From contig NC_068986.1 in assembly GCF_001194135.2 (NCBI RefSeq), positions 31,191,456 to 31,255,455 on the forward strand: DNA of 64,000 bases, given 5' to 3'. Both the position numbers and the translations under genes were made by a program. Position 1 is the stretch's first letter. Each line of letters starts with the position of its first letter. Below, piece after piece: positions 60,811-64,000 of the stretch. The stretch comes from Octopus bimaculoides (lineage: Eukaryota). Below the pieces are notes generated by a model. It worked only from the letters and a program-made list of their open reading frames with translations, was not told the DNA's origin and did no database searches.

Positions 60811-63694
60811 AATACTACTACTACTATTGTTATTCTGAAAGACTCCCAGATAGTTCTTAATTACTGGTTGTTCTTTACTTGAAAGCAGGCAATAACAAAT
60901 CACCAAAGGTTTCAAGTAGTGCCTTCTCTTGTGACTCAAAGAGACAATACTCTCCTTAATTATTATTATTATTATCATTATTATCATTATAATCATCATC
61001 ATCATCATCATCATTATTATTATTATTATTATTATACATTTAGACTAGTGTCATCATCTTGATTCTTATAGTCCCAACATTTCAGCTATTACATCCTTTT
61101 GCTTTTATTACATACCTGGAATATCTGATAATGTTCTCAGAAAATTTCACCCTTTATTCGGTTTGTTGGGTAGATGGTTCTCATTCTGTTGTTCATACAA
61201 AGAATTTTCACTGAAACCCTTTCCAAGAATGACAGATAACTGAAAACGGCTGGAGAGTAAAATGGCTGGACTGTTGTACCTTTAACAAACAAAGTCATTG
61301 TATAATAATAATGAATATTCATCAAAGAAATTGACAAAAAAAAAATTATTTGAGCTAGTTTTTTTTTTTCAGTGTAGAATATTGTGTCATATGTATTTGA
61401 GAAGCAGCATGCAGAGTATATAATCTGATATAGGCTAATTGTTTTATCAAAATTTTTATATATTCTTTTACTTTATCTTTTCCTTGTCATATCGTTTAAA
61501 TTTCAGTGCTTCCAAAATTTGAATTAAAACTTAACATGCCACCTTACCTGAGCTTTGTTTCTGAGACTGTTGATGTTGAGATCTGTGCAAAGTAAGAGTA
61601 CTTTTATCTGATATATATCTATATGTATGTGTGCATGTGTGTGAGTGTATGTATGTGTGTGTGTGGTTTGTGTATGCATGTGTATGGTATACATACATAC
61701 ATACATACATACATACATACATACATACATGCATACAAACATACATGCATACATGACTTTTTAGATTAGTATGACAATGGCTGACTAAATAAAGTGTATC
61801 ACAGCATTACATGTTGTGGGAATGACAATGGCTCTTGAATCCTGCCAGTGACTTACACTGCTTGTAGCAGATTCAACATTCATAGAAATTCCGATTTCTT
61901 GTTCTTGGGTGTTCCAGATAATTCTAACAATTTTGTCTGTACACCCTCATGCACTTAGATGAACTTGAGCAATTTATACATGTTTTCTGGCAGACAGTAC
62001 ATGTAAGGTAGATCCAAACCATACATATATGCACACACACACACACACACTCTCTCTCTCTCTCTCTCTCTCTTTCACACACACACGCAATCTACAGCAG
62101 CATGATGATGTCACCATTATCATCATGCTGCTATAGGTTGACTAGGTCTTATGTTGTTATGATTCAAGCCAGTTCTTCTTTGGTGTTAGTGTCCTGTCTT
62201 GCAGTTTAAAACCATGCTTTGCCCTATGTTCCATTTTTGAGATGGTTTATATGACCAGTCACCAGATACTGTTCCTAACATCAACCACCTCACAGAATGT
62301 ATTGAGTGCATTTTATCATGGCTCCAATACAATGAGGTTGCTGTGCCCCACATGGCTGAAAGTCCTCCTTATTATATATATTTATATATTTGCTGGTGCC
62401 ACATGAAAAGCACCCAGCACACTCTGTGAGGCAAGATTTACAACTAAATACTCTCCTTAATCCTTATCTGTTTTTCAAGTAAAGGTACGTTTAATTCCAG
62501 AGGATTTCAAAAGCACTGAGTGATTGGTCAGAATATGAACAATGTCAATATTACCACTGTCTCACTCAAGTGGTGACTAGTGTAGAAAAGCAACATTCAC
62601 ACATGCACATACACATGCACATACACATGCACATGCGTGCAATAGACTTTCTACTGTTTCATCTACCAAATTCACTCAGTGCATAGGACTATAATGGAAG
62701 ATACTTAACCCAAGTTACTGTACAATGGGACAAAATCACAGGCTACATGGTTGTAAAGTATACATCTTAACTAAACAAACAGCTATGCTTGCATCTTGGT
62801 AAATGTTTAAAAAATATTTGACTAAATTACTTTTGTTTTTGTTTTTATTAGGTATACCTATGGGAAACCTGTCTATGGAAAACTCAATGGTACAATCTGC
62901 ATCGTAGGTTTATATGAAATGAATCATAAAAGGCCATGCTTTACATTCAATGAATATGTAAGAATTTTTTCCTTTTACTTATTTCCTTATAGCATTATTT
63001 TGCCATTTTCTTGTGTTTGTTCAAAACATAATCATATTCTTTCTTCTATTAGCTTATGTCTCTACAATCTAGTCAAGCACCATTAATTGTGTATGTGTCA
63101 GTAGTGTTTATTTTTCATTCTAAACTTTACTTTGGGGTATACCCATAAATTTTAACCATTGCTACATGAATGAATCAATTATATTTATTAGATATATTAG
63201 ACAGTTATAAACATGTCATATATATGAAACCTCATCACAGACAGTAAAAGAGGGCTTGGTCAAACAATTGTTTCAAGTGTTATTACACTCTTACTGGTAG
63301 TCATTTACACTACTTTAACTGCCACTATGAAACTGTTTGAGGCCACTACTGTTAGGCCTAAATCAGGTGGATGTAGACAGCTTTGAATATTTAACATATT
63401 TTAGCTGTTAATTCTGTAGCAGGTCTATACGGGGTGTGTCAAAATGAAGGCAACTAACTTTTTTCAATTTTACCAAATATTTTGTTATATTTTAGGTCTG
63501 GGTGTTGCAATGCAATGGTAAGGGAAACACAATTATGATGTTTTATTAATTTAGATTTTCTCTTTATAATTTCTAGATCACTGGATGTAAAAAATATTCT
63601 GCTAACAGTGACCAACTTCAATTGAGAAATACTTCATATTCTCTGTGGCATGTTTTCTTACATGTGCATGCTACCATTGTTGAAGAAGGAACTG
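47089..63694 (+). CDS. Alpha-2-macroglobulin-like thioester-containing protein (A2M/TEP/CD109 family), N-terminal MG domains; continues past window end
   Basis: join(47089-47150,52678-52829,55135-55335,56182-56234,57308-57377,59573-59686,61507-61591,62852-62957,63577-63694), 961 nt, all GT-AG and in phase. Signal-peptide-like [20 protein letters not shown], then family motifs [73 protein letters not shown]. Confidence 0.93.
48820..49174 (+). mobile_element. Internally deleted mariner fragment with right TIR
   Basis: [24 protein letters not shown] joined to [36 protein letters not shown]; ends aactttttgatcagacctcgTA, a mariner-like TIR plus TA. Confidence 0.8.
50330..50696 (+). mobile_element. 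RTE family A 3' UTR fragment
   Basis: Three hairpin units, then the tail and (GAT)n. Confidence 0.8.
51050..51205. repeat. (TG)n(TA)n(CA)n microsatellite
   Basis: Seen directly. Similar simple repeats at 7255-7305, 16950-17010, 17225-17295, 21545-21600, 22265-22305, 23785-23965, 60755-60825, 60960-61035, 61685-61755. Confidence 0.9.
52678..52829 (+). CDS. A2M-like exon 2
   Basis: ttcag|t [22 protein letters not shown]...KKEVYPN g|gtaagt. Confidence 0.88.
53107..53492. repeat. Compound (CA)n microsatellite with recurring cagatgc/cagacaaac interruptions
   Basis: Seen directly; generates many HT/CV-repeat ORFs. Confidence 0.9.
53493..54325 (+). mobile_element. 5'-truncated RTE-type LINE (ORF2 C-terminus, 3' UTR, (GAT)n tail), family A
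   Basis: [20 protein letters not shown]...[38 protein letters not shown], typical of RTE C-termini. The UTR ends cccatgctagcatggaaa..ttaaa(gat)n. Confidence 0.85.
55135..55335 (+). CDS. A2M-like exon 3
   Basis: ttcag|[10 protein letters not shown]...[17 protein letters not shown] g|gtaaat. Confidence 0.95.
55482..55712. mobile_element. TTAA-flanked MITE family P1 (piggyBac-type)
   Basis: TTAA|CCCTTTCGTT...AACGAAAGGG|TTAA; inserted into the TTAA of an older repeat. Confidence 0.9.
56182..56234 (+). CDS. A2M-like exon 4
   Basis: cacag|(V)[17 protein letters not shown]|gtaagt. Confidence 0.93.
57308..57377 (+). CDS. A2M-like exon 5
   Basis: tctag|[23 protein letters not shown] g|gtaagc. Confidence 0.93.
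57428..57655 (+). mobile_element. Decayed RTE-type LINE 3' end, family C, (GAGT)n tail
   Basis: [37 protein letters not shown], then gagtgagtgagtgagt. Confidence 0.55.
57876..58320 (+). mobile_element. Near full-length tRNA-headed SINE (family C) with internal microsatellite
   Basis: gtggctgtgtggtaag..gggttcagtccc..caccttgggcaagtgtcttc..(TA/TG)n..aataagtactaggc..gactgaaacaa. Further copies include 6400-6590(-), 20468-20790, 23985-24260(-), 25310-25958, 26950-27193(-), 29000-29410(-), 45415-45570, 52925-53110(-), 63835-64000(-). Confidence 0.85.
58905..59450 (-). mobile_element. tRNA-headed SINE sharing its tail with 5090-5410
   Basis: Head tggcccagtggttagggcag..gtttcgattccc; tail ggcactccgtcg(c/a)ttacgac..gaaattaac(g/t)tgcaagtggctgag shared with 5100-5200. 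Confidence 0.75.
59573..59686 (+). CDS. A2M-like exon 6
   Basis: cacag|(G)[37 protein letters not shown] g|gtaaca. Confidence 0.94.
61507..61591 (+). CDS. A2M-like exon 7
   Basis: ttcag|(V)[27 protein letters not shown] aa|gtaaga. Confidence 0.94.
62852..62957 (+). CDS. A2M-like exon 8
   Basis: attag|g [35 protein letters not shown]|gtaaga. Confidence 0.94.
63577..63694 (+). CDS. A2M-like exon 9 (last in window)
   Basis: tctag|[39 protein letters not shown] g|gtaaga. Confidence 0.92.
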
Positions 63695-64000
63695 GTAAGA
63701 TTTTACAGTTTTATATTGTTTATTGTGTATAAGATTATGCATTTAAAATATTGCTGACTATTTTTGGTTAAGGATGTAATGTACACATAAACTAGTGCAT
63801 GTGCAAGTGTATGCATATACTCTCTCTTTTTGCTCTTTTAATTGTTTCAGTCATTTGACTGTGGCCATGCTGGAGCACCACCTTTAGTCAAGCAAATTGA
63901 CCCCAGGACTTATTCTTTGTAAGCCTAGTACTTATTCTATCAGTCTCTTTTGCCAAACCTCTAGATTACAGGGACGTAAACACACCAGCATCGGTTGTCA

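Overview
AT-rich, repeat-dense animal genomic DNA with assembly gaps. The SINE/LINE complement looks like an octopod cephalopod (inference from repeat families, not provable here). Two intron-rich + strand genes were reconstructed by hand. (1) NAA35/MAK10, the NatC auxiliary subunit: 18 visible coding exons at 335-40489, all GT-AG and phase-consistent. The exception is about 40 missing codons that probably lie in N-gaps at 31.8-33.9 kb. (2) The 5' part of an alpha-2-macroglobulin-like thioester-protein gene: 9 exons from 47089, running off the window end. Introns are packed with tRNA-headed SINEs, RTE-type LINE 3' ends, mariner and hAT transposase relics, TTAA (piggyBac-type) and 8-bp-TSD (hAT-type) MITEs, and microsatellites. 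Almost all ORFs in the supplied track are microsatellite, gap or TE artefacts. I found no clear evidence of a new gene system. The best leads are a covarying double-hairpin tandem array in the RTE 3' UTR, modular and tandem SINE architecture, an inverted SINE pair bracketing an NAA35 exon, and an AG|GT site in the 14.8-kb intron.
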